Source of the DNA: an uncultured Planctomycetaceae bacterium
GTDB lineage: Bacteria; Planctomycetota; Planctomycetia; Planctomycetales; Planctomycetaceae
NCBI GenBank assembly: GCA_963976765.1
Contig: CAXBME010000010.1
Coordinates: forward strand, 124,001-188,000
DNA: 64,000 nucleotides
Reading direction: 5' to 3'
Shown here: positions 1 to 10,537 of the stretch, piece after piece
Numbering within the stretch: position 1 is the first letter of the stretch
Layout of the letters: the number at the start of each line of letters is the position of its first letter
Notes under the pieces: generated by a model
Seen by the model: only the letters and a program-made list of their open reading frames with translations
Told to the model about the DNA's origin: nothing
Databases searched by the model: none
Translations under genes and position numbers: made by a program

Positions 1-1
1 C

Positions 2-934
2 GAAGATCAGCTTGTGCTTCAGGTCGACGATCTGCGTGAGAAACTGAAAGCAGCCACGCGAGTCAGCTTTGAACGTCCGGACGGCCTGGTTCGCTGGATC
101 GACAATACCGCTGGTCTGGTCTGGATCAACCTTGGCTCGCAGGACCGATTGCGGCTGCGAACGACGTTCTCTGTTTACCGCAAGGCTCATCACGGAGTCG
201 CTCGCGGCGCGGAAGATATCAAAGGGCAGATCGAGGTGACTCGAATCATCGATAACCACACCGCAGAAGCCCGCATCCTGAACGACGACATTTACGATCC
301 AATTTCAAAGGGCGATCCGGTTTACACTCCATTGTGGAGTCCGGGCCGAACAGAAACGTTCGCGATTGTCGGTCTGGTTGATCTTGATCAGGACGGCGTT
401 CTTGACCGCGACCAGTTTCACGACATCGTGGAAGACGCCGGAGCACGACTGAACCACGAAGTTCTGGATGATGGCAACCGGATTCGCTACGAAGGGTTTC
501 CCGATAAGTTTCTCAACTGGTCAGAAGACAGCCCCACGCTGGATTCAGATACGAAGTATCTGATCCTTGCCGATATTCCCGACCCGGCCCTCGCGATTCG
601 AGAAGAAGATGTTGCCATTCGAAAAGCAATTTCTGCTCATCTTGATGCCATGCGGAAGGAAGCTCGCCTGAAGGGGATTGAAGAAATTCGCTTGAGTGAT
701 TTTCTGGAACACATTGGCTACCGGCCTCAACGCCGACTCTACATCCCAGGTCTCGTTGACCGCCCATTCAATCTTCGAGCTGGAGCCGCCAGCGTCGGGA
801 CCAACGAAGTCGTCGGCGATCGTACAGCGGCCGGAGCCGTGTCCGGAATTTACGGTCGCAGCAAGAAGCTGAAGCCGCAGTCTTCCGCTGGCCAGACTTC
901 GGAGCTGTACCGAGGCGGTTCAGTCGGCAACTGA
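2..934 (+). CDS. Conserved hypothetical protein, 5'-truncated by the window edge
   Basis: Frame is open from position 2 to TGA at 932-934; globular beta-rich segment (VWINLGSQDRLRLRTTFSVY...KGQIEVTRII...GDPVYTPLW); followed by a terminator hairpin. Confidence 0.75.
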   Translation, partial: EDQLVLQVDDLREKLKAATRVSFERPDGLVRWIDNTAGLVWINLGSQDRLRLRTTFSVYRKAHHGVARGAEDIKGQIEVTRIIDNHTAEARILNDDIYDPISKGDPVYTPLWSPGRTETFAIVGLVDLDQDGVLDRDQFHDIVEDAGARLNHEVLDDGNRIRYEGFPDKFLNWSEDSPTLDSDTKYLILADIPDPALAIREEDVAIRKAISAHLDAMRKEARLKGIEEIRLSDFLEHIGYRPQRRLYIPGLVDRPFNLRAGAASVGTNEVVGDRTAAGAVSGIYGRSKKLKPQSSAGQTSELYRGGSVGN

Positions 935-982
935 TCCAACCGATCAACACCGTCCTGCACGGCTCTTTCAGAAATCCAATCG

Positions 983-1015
983 AAACGCCCGACTGTGAGT
1001 GCAGTCGGGCGTTTT
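983..1015. terminator. Bidirectional intrinsic terminator between convergent genes
   Basis: AAACGCCCGACTG-N6-CAGTCGGGCGTTT perfect 13-bp stem. Confidence 0.8.
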
Positions 1016-1038
1016 GCATTCATCAGCCCGCGAACGCC

Positions 1039-1779
1039 TTACGTTGCATCAGCCACCGCTGTTACCAGCAAGAGCATGCCGATCAGCACCAGGCAGACAT
1101 GGACGACTCGAATGAACTGCTCTGTCGACACTGACTTTGTGAGGCTACGTCCAACGAATGCGGCGACGATGGTCAGCGGCAAACACATCGCGCTCAGGCG
1201 AATGACATCAGCGGTAACGGCTCCGCGCGAAATATGCATCGCCAGAACCGTCGTGCCTCCCAGCAGAAAATAGCTTTGAAGGTTCGCTCGAAATTTCCCG
1301 GCTGGCCATTGCCGCAACGTTCCGAAGATCACAAGAGGCGGTCCAGCGGTGTTGTAGGCGCCACCGAGAATTCCGGCGGCGAGTCCGAATGCTGGAGCCC
1401 ATCTGGCTGGCAGCACGCAGATGGCCTTCCGACTCGAAAGTGACCAGACAGCAAAACCGATGACAACTATGGCCAGCAGAACTTTGATCGCCGCCTCGCT
1501 ACCTGCACTGAGTAACCAGATGCCGATGGGAATTCCCAATAGAGCGGCGATCGTTAACGTTCCCGTTTCGCGAAAACTGACCTGACGCCATTCCCTGGAC
1601 AGGATCAGAATGGCGTTGAACGAAGAGACGACAGCAACGAGCGGTGCAGCCGTCTGAGACGGAATGACGAACGCCAGCAACGGCATGGCAATCAACGCCT
1701 CGCCAAAGCCAAGCGTCGATCTGACCAGAGATCCCACAAAGATGATTCCGCAGACGAATCCGACATCGAATGAATCCAT
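1039..1779 (-). CDS. Sulfite exporter TauE/SafE family membrane protein
   Basis: About 8 hydrophobic helices; motifs GFGEALIAMPLL and GGAYNTAGPPLV; start refined to ATG 1779. Confidence 0.85.
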   Translation of the reverse strand: MDSFDVGFVCGIIFVGSLVRSTLGFGEALIAMPLLAFVIPSQTAAPLVAVVSSFNAILILSREWRQVSFRETGTLTIAALLGIPIGIWLLSAGSEAAIKVLLAIVVIGFAVWSLSSRKAICVLPARWAPAFGLAAGILGGAYNTAGPPLVIFGTLRQWPAGKFRANLQSYFLLGGTTVLAMHISRGAVTADVIRLSAMCLPLTIVAAFVGRSLTKSVSTEQFIRVVHVCLVLIGMLLLVTAVADAT

Positions 1780-2254
1780 GTGAGAACGCAACCTGAAATG
1801 AACAGTTGACCGATTTTCCGAACCGTTTGGCAAAGTGCGCCACAGGCTGCGCCGGTTCCTTTTGGTTTGGCAGCTGAAACGATTTCGCCGGGGAAAAACG
1901 GTGGCACATTTCAGGCTGTAACTGGCTTCTGATATGCCGAGTTTCGCAGGTCAGGCCGTCCACGGCGACTGTCGTGAACCACGTTTCCGATACAGAGCGA
2001 AGTTCGGCTGAACCGGTTACGGGGATTTGATGGGCCGTATTTTCGTTATCGGAGTCACGGCTCAGAGTGAGTCGCGCGATTCATGATTCAACGCATTTCT
2101 GCCTGGATGAGTGCCGGGCGAATGTCCGATTTCAATCATGCTCCGGCACCATTACGCGCCGACATACTGGTCAGAAGGGATCAATAGTCGACCGCCGCTT
2201 TGAAGCTGGTTGAGCCGGATTGATGCGCCCATTGGCAGAATTCAGAGTCACACC

Positions 2255-3601
2255 ATGAACCGGACACCCGCCCTCAAAGTGCTCATCGCCAGTAATCATG
2301 CCGACACTCGTGTGGCCATTTCATGGATGCTTCGGCAGTCGTTTCCCGACGCCATCGTGACCAGAGCGGAAACCGCGGCAGAGACACGTCAGACCGCCAG
2401 TGCCGAACCCCCGGACTGTGTGATCGCCGATGTCTCGCTGCCTGACTTTGCGGCAGAACGGGTAGCCCTCGAAGATGAATTGCGTCCGCAACGAACTCCG
2501 CTCATCGTTATTCACGATGGGCAACACTCGTCAGCAAACGGCGGTCAATCTACCGCTTCGTTGCTCCGAGCCAGCATCAACGCCACCACGATTGAGCTGG
2601 CTGTCACCAAAGCAATCGGCGAGGTTCGGTTGTCTCGAAGAATCGACACTCTCGATCAGGAGCTTCAGGCGACGAAACAACAACTGGAATCAGCGAGAGC
2701 ATCGGCAACCGTAGTCGCTGAATGTCACGACAGGGTAGAGGCCGCTGTGCCTGTGGGTAAGCAGCCTGCTCAGGAATTTCAAACTCCGTCGAGCCTTCCG
2801 GCAGATGCAACACCAGCCGCGACATACCCTGAGCGGCCACGACTGGTGACGTCGGGTCTGGATGTGTCAACCGATGACGAACGGGAACTGGCAGCGCGCG
2901 TGCAGAAAGATCTGATGCCTCCTGGTTCGCCGCTTATTGAAGGCTTCGACATCGCAGGACTTTCCATTCACGCAGAATCGACCGGCGGCGATTATTACGA
3001 CTACCTGCCAATGGCTGACGATCTGCTTTGCATTTCGATCGGAGAATGTTCTGGTCGGGGACTCGCACCGGCGATGTTCATGGCCTCGCTGCGAGCCTAC
3101 CTGCGGGTGATGGCTTTGCAGACCACCGACATCTCCGACGTCCTCAGTCGTGTCAACACATTTATCACTGAAGACATCGGCGATGAAGAATTCATCGTGA
3201 CGCTGATGCTCTGCCAGATTGACGACCGCACCAGAACACTGCGATACGCCAGCGCGGGGCAGCAGGCGTTTCTCATCGACCGCGAAGGCAACGTCGACAT
3301 TCTGCACAGCACGGGGATGCCGCTCGGACTGCGCGACGAAACGGTCATGCCCGAAGGCGAGCCCCGCAAGATCCGAGTCGGAGAAATCCTGCTGCTGGCT
3401 TCGGACGGTGTGCAGAAGATGACATCAGCTGGCGGTGAACAGTTTGGAGTCGACCGAATGCTGAATCTGGTCAAAGAGAACAGGAACCTACCGTCACGCA
3501 TCATCGCCAACTATTTGCGAAAGACCTGCACGGAGTTCGCGAGCCCTCAGTTTCAACACGACGATGTCACCATCGTCATCGTAAAAGGCGACGACTCGTA
3601 A
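2255..3601 (+). CDS. SpoIIE/RsbU-type PP2C phosphatase with N-terminal receiver-like domain
   Basis: Receiver-like N-terminus (PDCVIADVSLPD), coiled coil, then GGDYYD, SGRG, ASAG, GMPLG, SDGV and DDVTIV motifs. Confidence 0.88.
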   Translation: MNRTPALKVLIASNHADTRVAISWMLRQSFPDAIVTRAETAAETRQTASAEPPDCVIADVSLPDFAAERVALEDELRPQRTPLIVIHDGQHSSANGGQSTASLLRASINATTIELAVTKAIGEVRLSRRIDTLDQELQATKQQLESARASATVVAECHDRVEAAVPVGKQPAQEFQTPSSLPADATPAATYPERPRLVTSGLDVSTDDERELAARVQKDLMPPGSPLIEGFDIAGLSIHAESTGGDYYDYLPMADDLLCISIGECSGRGLAPAMFMASLRAYLRVMALQTTDISDVLSRVNTFITEDIGDEEFIVTLMLCQIDDRTRTLRYASAGQQAFLIDREGNVDILHSTGMPLGLRDETVMPEGEPRKIRVGEILLLASDGVQKMTSAGGEQFGVDRMLNLVKENRNLPSRIIANYLRKTCTEFASPQFQHDDVTIVIVKGDDS

Positions 3602-3668
3602 GCCGACAGTCAGAGTGGTATGCCGGCGCTGCGTTTGACGGGCCTTGCGAGGGAGAACGGCAGACTCA

Positions 3669-4694
3669 TTATTCCTGGCTGGTCAGCAAACCGGCATCGC
3701 GGCACCAGCCAATGGCAGCCATCATGCCTGTGTCGTAGTCGACTTTGGGTTCGTAGCCGAGTTCTCGTTTCGCTTTCTCGATACTGAAGTCAAGGTTCAG
3801 TCCCAGGAATTTGATGCGGGCATTATTCAGCAGCGGTGCATCCTCTTTGTCGAGCAGCCGCCAGGTACTCTCCATCAGTTTGGCCAGAACTTTGGCCACA
3901 CCCAGCGGTACGTTCTTTGTCGGTACGGGATACCCGGCAAGATTTGCTATGGTCGCAATGAAATGCCGTTTCGTGACCAGCGCCCCGTCGGTGATGTTGT
4001 AGACCTCGCCAATCTTGTCGTCCTGAGCGAGTGCCAGGAACACGGCGTCGACCAGGTTTCCGACATACGTGTTATTAAGCAGCGTCTGACCGGAACCGAG
4101 AAACTTGAACTGCTGGCTGCGCAGCTTTTCGAGAATTCTCGGCAGGACAGTACGGTCGCGCGGTCCGTAGATAAATCCGGGCCGAAGGATCGTTCCAGGC
4201 AGACCATCCTTGTCGATGAGATCCCGGACGAGCTGTTCCGACTCAGCCTTTGTCACGGTGTAACCGTCGATGCCTGACAGGCTGATCGGTGCAGACTCGT
4301 CAGTGCCATGATGGTCGCGAGCTTCGTAAACGCCCAGCGACGAAATGTGAACGACGCGTTTCAACGTGCCGTTGGATTTTGCGGCCTTGAGCAGGCTGTC
4401 GGTCCCAAGCAGGTTCACTCGGCGGTACCCGTCGATGGAGCCCCAGTCGCCGACTTTGGCAGCACAGTGTACGAGGGCAGTGACACCTTCCATTGCCTTG
4501 GCGTGTGAGTCATGGTCGGACAGGTCTCCGTAAGCCAGGTCAACCCGCCATTCGTTGAGCAGTTGTTTGTCGCTGGATTCCCGGACAAGTGCCCGTGTGC
4601 GAATTCCCATTTCGCGGGCGCGTTGAACAACATGACTACCGACCAGACCAGTTGCTCCGGTCACGAGCAGAAGGTCATCAGACTGAAACTCCAC
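3669..4694 (-). CDS. NAD-dependent epimerase/dehydratase (3-beta-HSD-like extended SDR)
   Basis: VTGATGLVGS Rossmann motif, YTVTK catalytic YxxxK, LRPGFIYGP. Confidence 0.88.
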   Translation of the reverse strand: MEFQSDDLLLVTGATGLVGSHVVQRAREMGIRTRALVRESSDKQLLNEWRVDLAYGDLSDHDSHAKAMEGVTALVHCAAKVGDWGSIDGYRRVNLLGTDSLLKAAKSNGTLKRVVHISSLGVYEARDHHGTDESAPISLSGIDGYTVTKAESEQLVRDLIDKDGLPGTILRPGFIYGPRDRTVLPRILEKLRSQQFKFLGSGQTLLNNTYVGNLVDAVFLALAQDDKIGEVYNITDGALVTKRHFIATIANLAGYPVPTKNVPLGVAKVLAKLMESTWRLLDKEDAPLLNNARIKFLGLNLDFSIEKAKRELGYEPKVDYDTGMMAAIGWCRDAGLLTSQE

Positions 4695-4803
4695 AGCAAT
4701 TCTCCAACAATTTTATGGTCTGAACGTTCCTCAGTAAGAACGCTTCCGGGGGTTCGTTTTCGTCGCCTGATCAGCGAACGAGGACGGTAGCTCAGTGGGG
4801 CGC

Positions 4804-4843
4804 AAAAGAAAACGGCCAGCCGCTCGTGGCGAATGACCGTTTT
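4804..4843 (-). terminator. Probable intrinsic terminator after the BON-domain gene
   Basis: AAAACGG...CCGTTTT imperfect stem with an A-tract on + (U-tract on -). Confidence 0.5.
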
Positions 4844-4908
4844 GATTTGTCCGGGAAGATTTGTCCGGAAAACTGTTGCGCCGGAAGCTGTATCGGCAGC
4901 AGATTGTG

Positions 4909-5610
4909 CTACTTCGCGGAAGCAATCGTCAGATCGTTCTGTACCGAATAAACGCCGGGTTCCATTCGAAGAATGTTGCCGAGCAGCCGTGCGGCGTCAT
5001 CGTCCGGGACGGATCCCGAAATGACGACAGCACCGGACCTGGCCAGATCGAATTTCACGGATGCGAATTCCGATCGACCGTCTGTGATTTTCGGCAATCG
5101 AGAACTCAAGGCGTTCAGCTGTTTATCGAGTGACTTCCGAAGATCCTCCGCCGGCCTCGGTTTCGGAGTGAACCCCAGCCGAAGCGACGGTCGAATTGTG
5201 CGCGTTCCTTGAGTGTTACCTCTGTTGCGATTCTGGTTCGTCCGACCGAACTGCTGATTCAGTCGCTGCAGATTTCGAACGTTGTTGATGGCGTTCTGCT
5301 GAGCCGTATTCGTGTTCCCACCAGCGGTCGGCTGATTAGCCAGACGGCTGGTTGTAAATCTTCCGTCGTTGTTGCCAATGTCTCCGACCGTGTCCGACGT
5401 GGAGGAAAACACGTTCTGGCTGGTCAACGTGCTGCCTGCTTCGCCAGCCGAAGCGTTTCCCGCAGCCCCTTGATTGTTACCAGAGGCGGCGTTTGTCTGA
5501 GCGTCGGCATTCGTCGTGAAGAATCCCGTTGCCGCGACAGTGATCGCAAGAGCAATGGTTCTCCGCAGGCCGAGCGGCCACTGGATAAATCGCGATGAGC
5601 ACGTTGTCAT
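4909..5610 (-). CDS. Secreted protein with C-terminal BON-like domain
   Basis: Signal peptide (IALAITVAATGFFTTNADA), low-complexity N/Q/G linker, C-terminal GAVVISGSVPDDDAARLLGNILRMEPGVYSVQNDLTI. Confidence 0.75.
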   Translation of the reverse strand: MTTCSSRFIQWPLGLRRTIALAITVAATGFFTTNADAQTNAASGNNQGAAGNASAGEAGSTLTSQNVFSSTSDTVGDIGNNDGRFTTSRLANQPTAGGNTNTAQQNAINNVRNLQRLNQQFGRTNQNRNRGNTQGTRTIRPSLRLGFTPKPRPAEDLRKSLDKQLNALSSRLPKITDGRSEFASVKFDLARSGAVVISGSVPDDDAARLLGNILRMEPGVYSVQNDLTIASAK

Positions 5611-5701
5611 GTTCAGAACTCCCGAAACAAACGAAGGCAGCTGCTGAGAGGATATCACTCTAAGCAGCTGCCCGCATGAGAATCCAGACGCCTGTCGTTT
5701 T

Positions 5702-6097
5702 TCAGTCCAGGATTGAGCCTCGCGACGACTCAGCAACTGCGGAGACAGCACCGCTCGTGCGACTGCTCTTCCTTACCGAAACCGGACGCCCTGCCTGTTT
5801 GCCATGATCGAATCGCTGAATCTGTCGCGGAGCAACGTGACGCTCAAGACGACGCTCGACCTGCCTCGACCGAGCGATATTTGACTCGATCTGAGTCTCT
5901 CGCTTCGGCTCGGTGGCAACTTGAATCTGCGTCAGGCCCAGAAAACCAAGGAACCCGATCAAACCAGTCTGAAGCACGATCAGGTCGACTCCCGGCGGCA
6001 TTGTGGTGCCGAAGTAGAGGCCCACGAGAAACATGCTCAGCCCGAGAATCAGGCAATGAATCGACTGGACACGTTGCACTTTCGTTCGTTCTTGCAT
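5702..6097 (-). CDS. Small hypothetical membrane protein (2 TM)
   Basis: Two hydrophobic helices after MQERTKV; co-oriented with the BON gene. Confidence 0.55.
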   Translation of the reverse strand: MQERTKVQRVQSIHCLILGLSMFLVGLYFGTTMPPGVDLIVLQTGLIGFLGFLGLTQIQVATEPKRETQIESNIARSRQVERRLERHVAPRQIQRFDHGKQAGRPVSVRKSSRTSGAVSAVAESSRGSILD

Positions 6098-6552
6098 TTC
6101 AGTTCTCCGAGCGGCGGGAGACCGCGGCGAGGTGGTATTGCAGCTTGAGTAAATTCCAATTGAACCTAGGTCGAAAAATGATTGAGGCAAACGCCCTCCC
6201 GCAAACTTTGCCAATCCGGAGCGAAGTGGCAGACCTGATTCATTTGCTGCAAGAGATATCCGGACTTTGCCGATACTTCCGAAAGCTCCATCTCTGCGGA
6301 TGGTGCGCGGTGAACTGTCTGCGTCCAACGCGGTCGTGGGCAACTCGAAGAATCTCGGACGTGGATGAAAGATTCATTCAAGCCAGACTTCTTGAGCATC
6401 GCTGATTACAGGGGTCGCTGGGTGGCTGCCGCCAGTGACCAGAGTCACAACCTCTCTCATTGGAGACGCTCGACGAGCTTCTTCCGATGGGGAGCGCCCC
6501 TGGAAAAGTCCCGGTTATTCCGGGCGTTGTCGGGCAGGGAGGCCTGAGAAGA

Positions 6553-9500
6553 ATGAGACGTTCACGATTAGCTTCGTCGGTCATGTTCCGGAAAAAGTGC
6601 TGGGGACTGTCGCTCGCGACTGTCGCTCTGGGACTCTCATTGCACCCTGCCGAACAGGCGTGTGCGCAAAGCCGGTTCAGTTCCAGCCGACTCAGTCGGA
6701 CCGGTTCGCAGAAGTCTGAGGCTCAGCCTGCGGCCAGTCAGGCCGAAGAAGGGATGACAAAACTCAACTTCTATTCGAAGACCTGGGAACAGGTTCTTCA
6801 GGAAGTGGCCGACGCCACCGGCGCCGTTCTGGTGGCGGACAAGATTCCACGCGGACGCTATTCGCGACAGGACTTCCGCAACTACACACGGTCCGAGGCC
6901 GTTCGGATCCTGAACGACGAACTAGAAAAGCAGGACTTCCGCATCCTCGAAAAGGGCAAGTACCTGGTGGTTCTCAACCTGCCTTCCGCCCGGCCCGAGT
7001 ATTCCCGTTTGAAGATTGAATCTCCTGAGCAGGGCCCAACGACTCAGTCGGTCGGCACGGCCAGTCTTCAGGACAACCCCCGATCCACACAAAACTCTGA
7101 GAACTCGGTCGCTCAGCGTCCACAGTTCGTTCAGCCAGGTCAGTTTCAGCAGACTCCGCGTCAACGCGCGTTCGAACGCAGCAGTGTGACGATCAGCCCG
7201 AAGCAGTCGGTCGATAATCGCGACGTTTCCAGCGACTACTCGCCGCGCCCACAACGATCCCGACCAGGCGCGATCCGGCAACTCAACTACGAAAACTCCG
7301 GTGAAGGCGGTGCGTTTGCTCCTGAGCAGCAACCTCAAAAAACGATTCGGCAACTGTTTGAGCCTCGCAGCCGCACGGCGAGAAATCTGGCCGCCACACT
7401 TTACGGCGCGTTTCGCGAGCGAGCGGAAATCGTTGAAGAAGGTCCAGACGGACTGCCCGCCATGCGAGTCTACTCGACCGAGTCAAAAGAGAATCCTGGC
7501 CAATCAAAGGCAGTCGTTTTTACCGTTGCTGCGGACGTCGCCGCGAATGAGATCCTCGTCGAAGGACCAGCTGATCAGGTAGCCCGCGTCGTTCGACTGC
7601 TGGAGCGGCTGGACGTCGCACCGACGGCCAACGGCGAACAGACCCGGATCGTTCCCACTCAAACCAGCGCTGGAGACATTGCTGCGAACCTTCGACCAGC
7701 GGTCAATCGAATGGTCGCTCAAAACGACGGCGGGCCGATGCCACCGGACACTCCGAGTGGACAGACTCCAGGCGACGACAGCCTGCCGGATCTCGTCGGT
7801 GGCATTCGTGGGAACGTCGACGTCGAAGCGATGGATGAACTCGGCGTTTTGATCCTGAAAGGGAACACGTCCGACGTTGATTCGGTCATGGAGATCATCC
7901 GTCAGATCGAACTGTTGAGCGCCCGCTCAGCACCGGACATTCATCTGCGACTTCTCGAAAACGTCGACAGCGTGGCACTGGCCGAGTTGCTGACGCAGGT
8001 TTACGACGAGCTGAACCAGGCTCGCGGCCGAACTCAGACACAGTCTCCGCAGATTGGAATCATCGCCGTCGGACGCCCCAACGGAGTACTGATTCTCAGT
8101 CCGGAAGACGATCGGGAATCCATCGAAAAACTGATTGATGAACTAGATCAGCCGGTTCCGAATCAGGCAACGTTTGTCGTGGTTCGACTGAAAAACGGAA
8201 TCGCCTCGTCGATCGCAGACATCATCGAACAAACGTGGCAGGAGCGGTTTGGTCTGGAAAATCGTCCGAGACTCTCTGCCGACGCGCGAACCAATTCGAT
8301 CGTCGCGGTCGGTACCAAAGCGGATCTTCAGGAAGTCGTTCTGCTGATTGAAAAGCTTGACACTCAGGAATCCGGAGCGGTCAGCGAAGTTCAGGTTGTC
8401 GAACTCCGGCACTCCGTCGCGGAAGAACTGGCAACGACCGTCAACGAAATTCTGCAAAGCATTCTGAACCCGCCTCAGTTGGGACAGGGTCAGCTCGGCC
8501 AGGCGTTCCTCGGTTTTGGTGGAAACTCCAGTCAGGCGCTGCGGGAAGTTCGTTCCGCCGTGCTGGAATACCTTGTGGGGGAAGGGGAGCAGGCTCGCAA
8601 GGTTCGTTCGGGCATCCTGGCCGACATCCGCCTGACCGCCGACGCTCGTTCGAACACGGTGGTCGTTGCTTCGCCGCGGGAAAGTATGGAACTGGTGCTG
8701 GCACTGATTGCCCGGCTCGACCGGCCTGCTTCCAGCGTCGCGACAATCAAACACTTCAGCCTCAAAAACGCCGACGCCGAGTCGACTCGAACGCTGCTCG
8801 ACGAACTCTTCGGCAACGAAACCACGGGCAACACTCAGGTCGGTGTGCAGCTTGCCGGTGCCGAAAAAGCCAGCAGCGTGGTACCTCTGAAATTCTCGGT
8901 CGACGCTCGAACCAACAGCATCGTCGCTGTGGGAACCGTCGAAGCGTTGCAGGTGGTCGAAGCGTTGATCTTCCGACTCGACGACAGCGATATTCGACAA
9001 CGACAGACGACGATCATCCGCTTGAAGAACGCTCCAGCGGCTGACATCGCCACGGCCATCGACAGCTTCCTGGATTCGCAGATTGAACTTCTGGCCAACC
9101 AGGACGACCTGATCAGCGCCTTCGAACTGGTCGAGCGTGAAGTCATCGTCCAGGCGGAAACCTACACCAACAGCCTGCTGATCAGCGCGACCTCGCGCTA
9201 CTTCGATCAGATTCGCGAAATGGTCCTGACGCTCGACCAGGAGCTTCCTCAGGTCATTATTCAGGCCATGCTGGTCGAAGTGACTCTTGAAGATTCAGAT
9301 GAGTACGGCGTTGAACTTGGGTTTCAAAACTCTGCATTGTTTAATCGCGGAATCGTCGACTCAGTCGCAAATGCAATGCCCGGTTTCGGTTTCAACTCGA
9401 ACGGATTGCCGAACGAGAATTTCCGGTCACGGTCGCTCGTGGCTGGACAGGCAACGACAAATTTTGGAGTTGGCAATAGTGGCGGATTTGTATTCGCAGC

Positions 9501-10461
9501 AGGATCTGATGAAGTAAGCATCCTTTTGCGTGCACTCGCAATGAACCGAGAGGTCGAGATCCTGAGTCGCCCACAGATTAGAACACTCGACAATCGTCCG
9601 GCTCTGATCCGCATGGTCCGAGAGCAGGCTCGTGTCAATGGCTTTCAGACTAACGCGAACAATGGAACCTTTAATCCGTTGGTTGAACAGGCCGAAGCGG
9701 GCATCATTTTGTCGGTTACTCCGACGATCAGCCCGGACGGCGACATCCTGATGAGCCTGACAGCTGAGAAGAGTCAGTTCGATGAACTTGGCACAGTTCT
9801 TGTCCCGCCCGGACCAGGCCAAGCCGAAATTCGTTCGACATCGAAAGACCTGACGCAAGCCGAAACGACTGTGGTGGTTGCAGATGAACAAACGATTGTG
9901 CTCGGGGGACTCATCACGAAGACCACTGAGAATACAACTTCGAAGGTCCCAATTCTCGGCGACATTCCCATCGTCGGTCACGCGTTTCGTTACGACCAAC
10001 GTTCATACCGACGAACGGAACTGCTGATCTTCCTCACGCCTCGCATTGTCAAAGGACACTCGGGCAACGAGCTGATCAAGCAGGTTGAAAGTCAGCGGCT
10101 GCACTACTGCGAAGCCGACGCCGAAGAAATCCACGGACCGATTTACGGCATCCCGGCTTCGGCCAAGCCGTCGCAGTTTGAACCTTCGACTTTTCAAATG
10201 GCTCCGGCCATTCCAATGAACGAGTCGTCGCAGTTGCCTCTTCCACTACCAGCTCCTGGTTCGGAAGACGAATTCCCAATGACGTCGCAGAAGGCAACGA
10301 ATGCTCGAAGTCGGAGCCCCTTCGCGGGAGCCTCGTTCGACCAGATTCGTCAGGTCGGATTTGACCAGCCGGAACCACGCTCATTGAAGAGAACTGAGCC
10401 TTCCGACAAAACCAAAAACCCGTTCCTCAACTTCGGGCGATCACTGAAACGCAAAGAGTAG
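6553..10461 (+). CDS. gspD: Large GspD-like secretin (type II secretion/type IV pilus outer-membrane pore)
   Basis: Repeated secretin N-domains (ADARTNSIV, ADARSNTVVV, VDARTNSIV); secretin core QVIIQAMLVEV, ILSRPQIRTLDN, KVPILGDIPIVGHAF, TELLIFLTPRIV. Confidence 0.9.
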   Translation: MRRSRLASSVMFRKKCWGLSLATVALGLSLHPAEQACAQSRFSSSRLSRTGSQKSEAQPAASQAEEGMTKLNFYSKTWEQVLQEVADATGAVLVADKIPRGRYSRQDFRNYTRSEAVRILNDELEKQDFRILEKGKYLVVLNLPSARPEYSRLKIESPEQGPTTQSVGTASLQDNPRSTQNSENSVAQRPQFVQPGQFQQTPRQRAFERSSVTISPKQSVDNRDVSSDYSPRPQRSRPGAIRQLNYENSGEGGAFAPEQQPQKTIRQLFEPRSRTARNLAATLYGAFRERAEIVEEGPDGLPAMRVYSTESKENPGQSKAVVFTVAADVAANEILVEGPADQVARVVRLLERLDVAPTANGEQTRIVPTQTSAGDIAANLRPAVNRMVAQNDGGPMPPDTPSGQTPGDDSLPDLVGGIRGNVDVEAMDELGVLILKGNTSDVDSVMEIIRQIELLSARSAPDIHLRLLENVDSVALAELLTQVYDELNQARGRTQTQSPQIGIIAVGRPNGVLILSPEDDRESIEKLIDELDQPVPNQATFVVVRLKNGIASSIADIIEQTWQERFGLENRPRLSADARTNSIVAVGTKADLQEVVLLIEKLDTQESGAVSEVQVVELRHSVAEELATTVNEILQSILNPPQLGQGQLGQAFLGFGGNSSQALREVRSAVLEYLVGEGEQARKVRSGILADIRLTADARSNTVVVASPRESMELVLALIARLDRPASSVATIKHFSLKNADAESTRTLLDELFGNETTGNTQVGVQLAGAEKASSVVPLKFSVDARTNSIVAVGTVEALQVVEALIFRLDDSDIRQRQTTIIRLKNAPAADIATAIDSFLDSQIELLANQDDLISAFELVEREVIVQAETYTNSLLISATSRYFDQIREMVLTLDQELPQVIIQAMLVEVTLEDSDEYGVELGFQNSALFNRGIVDSVANAMPGFGFNSNGLPNENFRSRSLVAGQATTNFGVGNSGGFVFAAGSDEVSILLRALAMNREVEILSRPQIRTLDNRPALIRMVREQARVNGFQTNANNGTFNPLVEQAEAGIILSVTPTISPDGDILMSLTAEKSQFDELGTVLVPPGPGQAEIRSTSKDLTQAETTVVVADEQTIVLGGLITKTTENTTSKVPILGDIPIVGHAFRYDQRSYRRTELLIFLTPRIVKGHSGNELIKQVESQRLHYCEADAEEIHGPIYGIPASAKPSQFEPSTFQMAPAIPMNESSQLPLPLPAPGSEDEFPMTSQKATNARSRSPFAGASFDQIRQVGFDQPEPRSLKRTEPSDKTKNPFLNFGRSLKRKE

Positions 10462-10537
10462 AGCCGACACGCGAGTGACGGTTTCCGCAGGCTGCGTCCT
10501 TGACCTTACAATTCCTTCCCGCACGGAGCGATTCATC

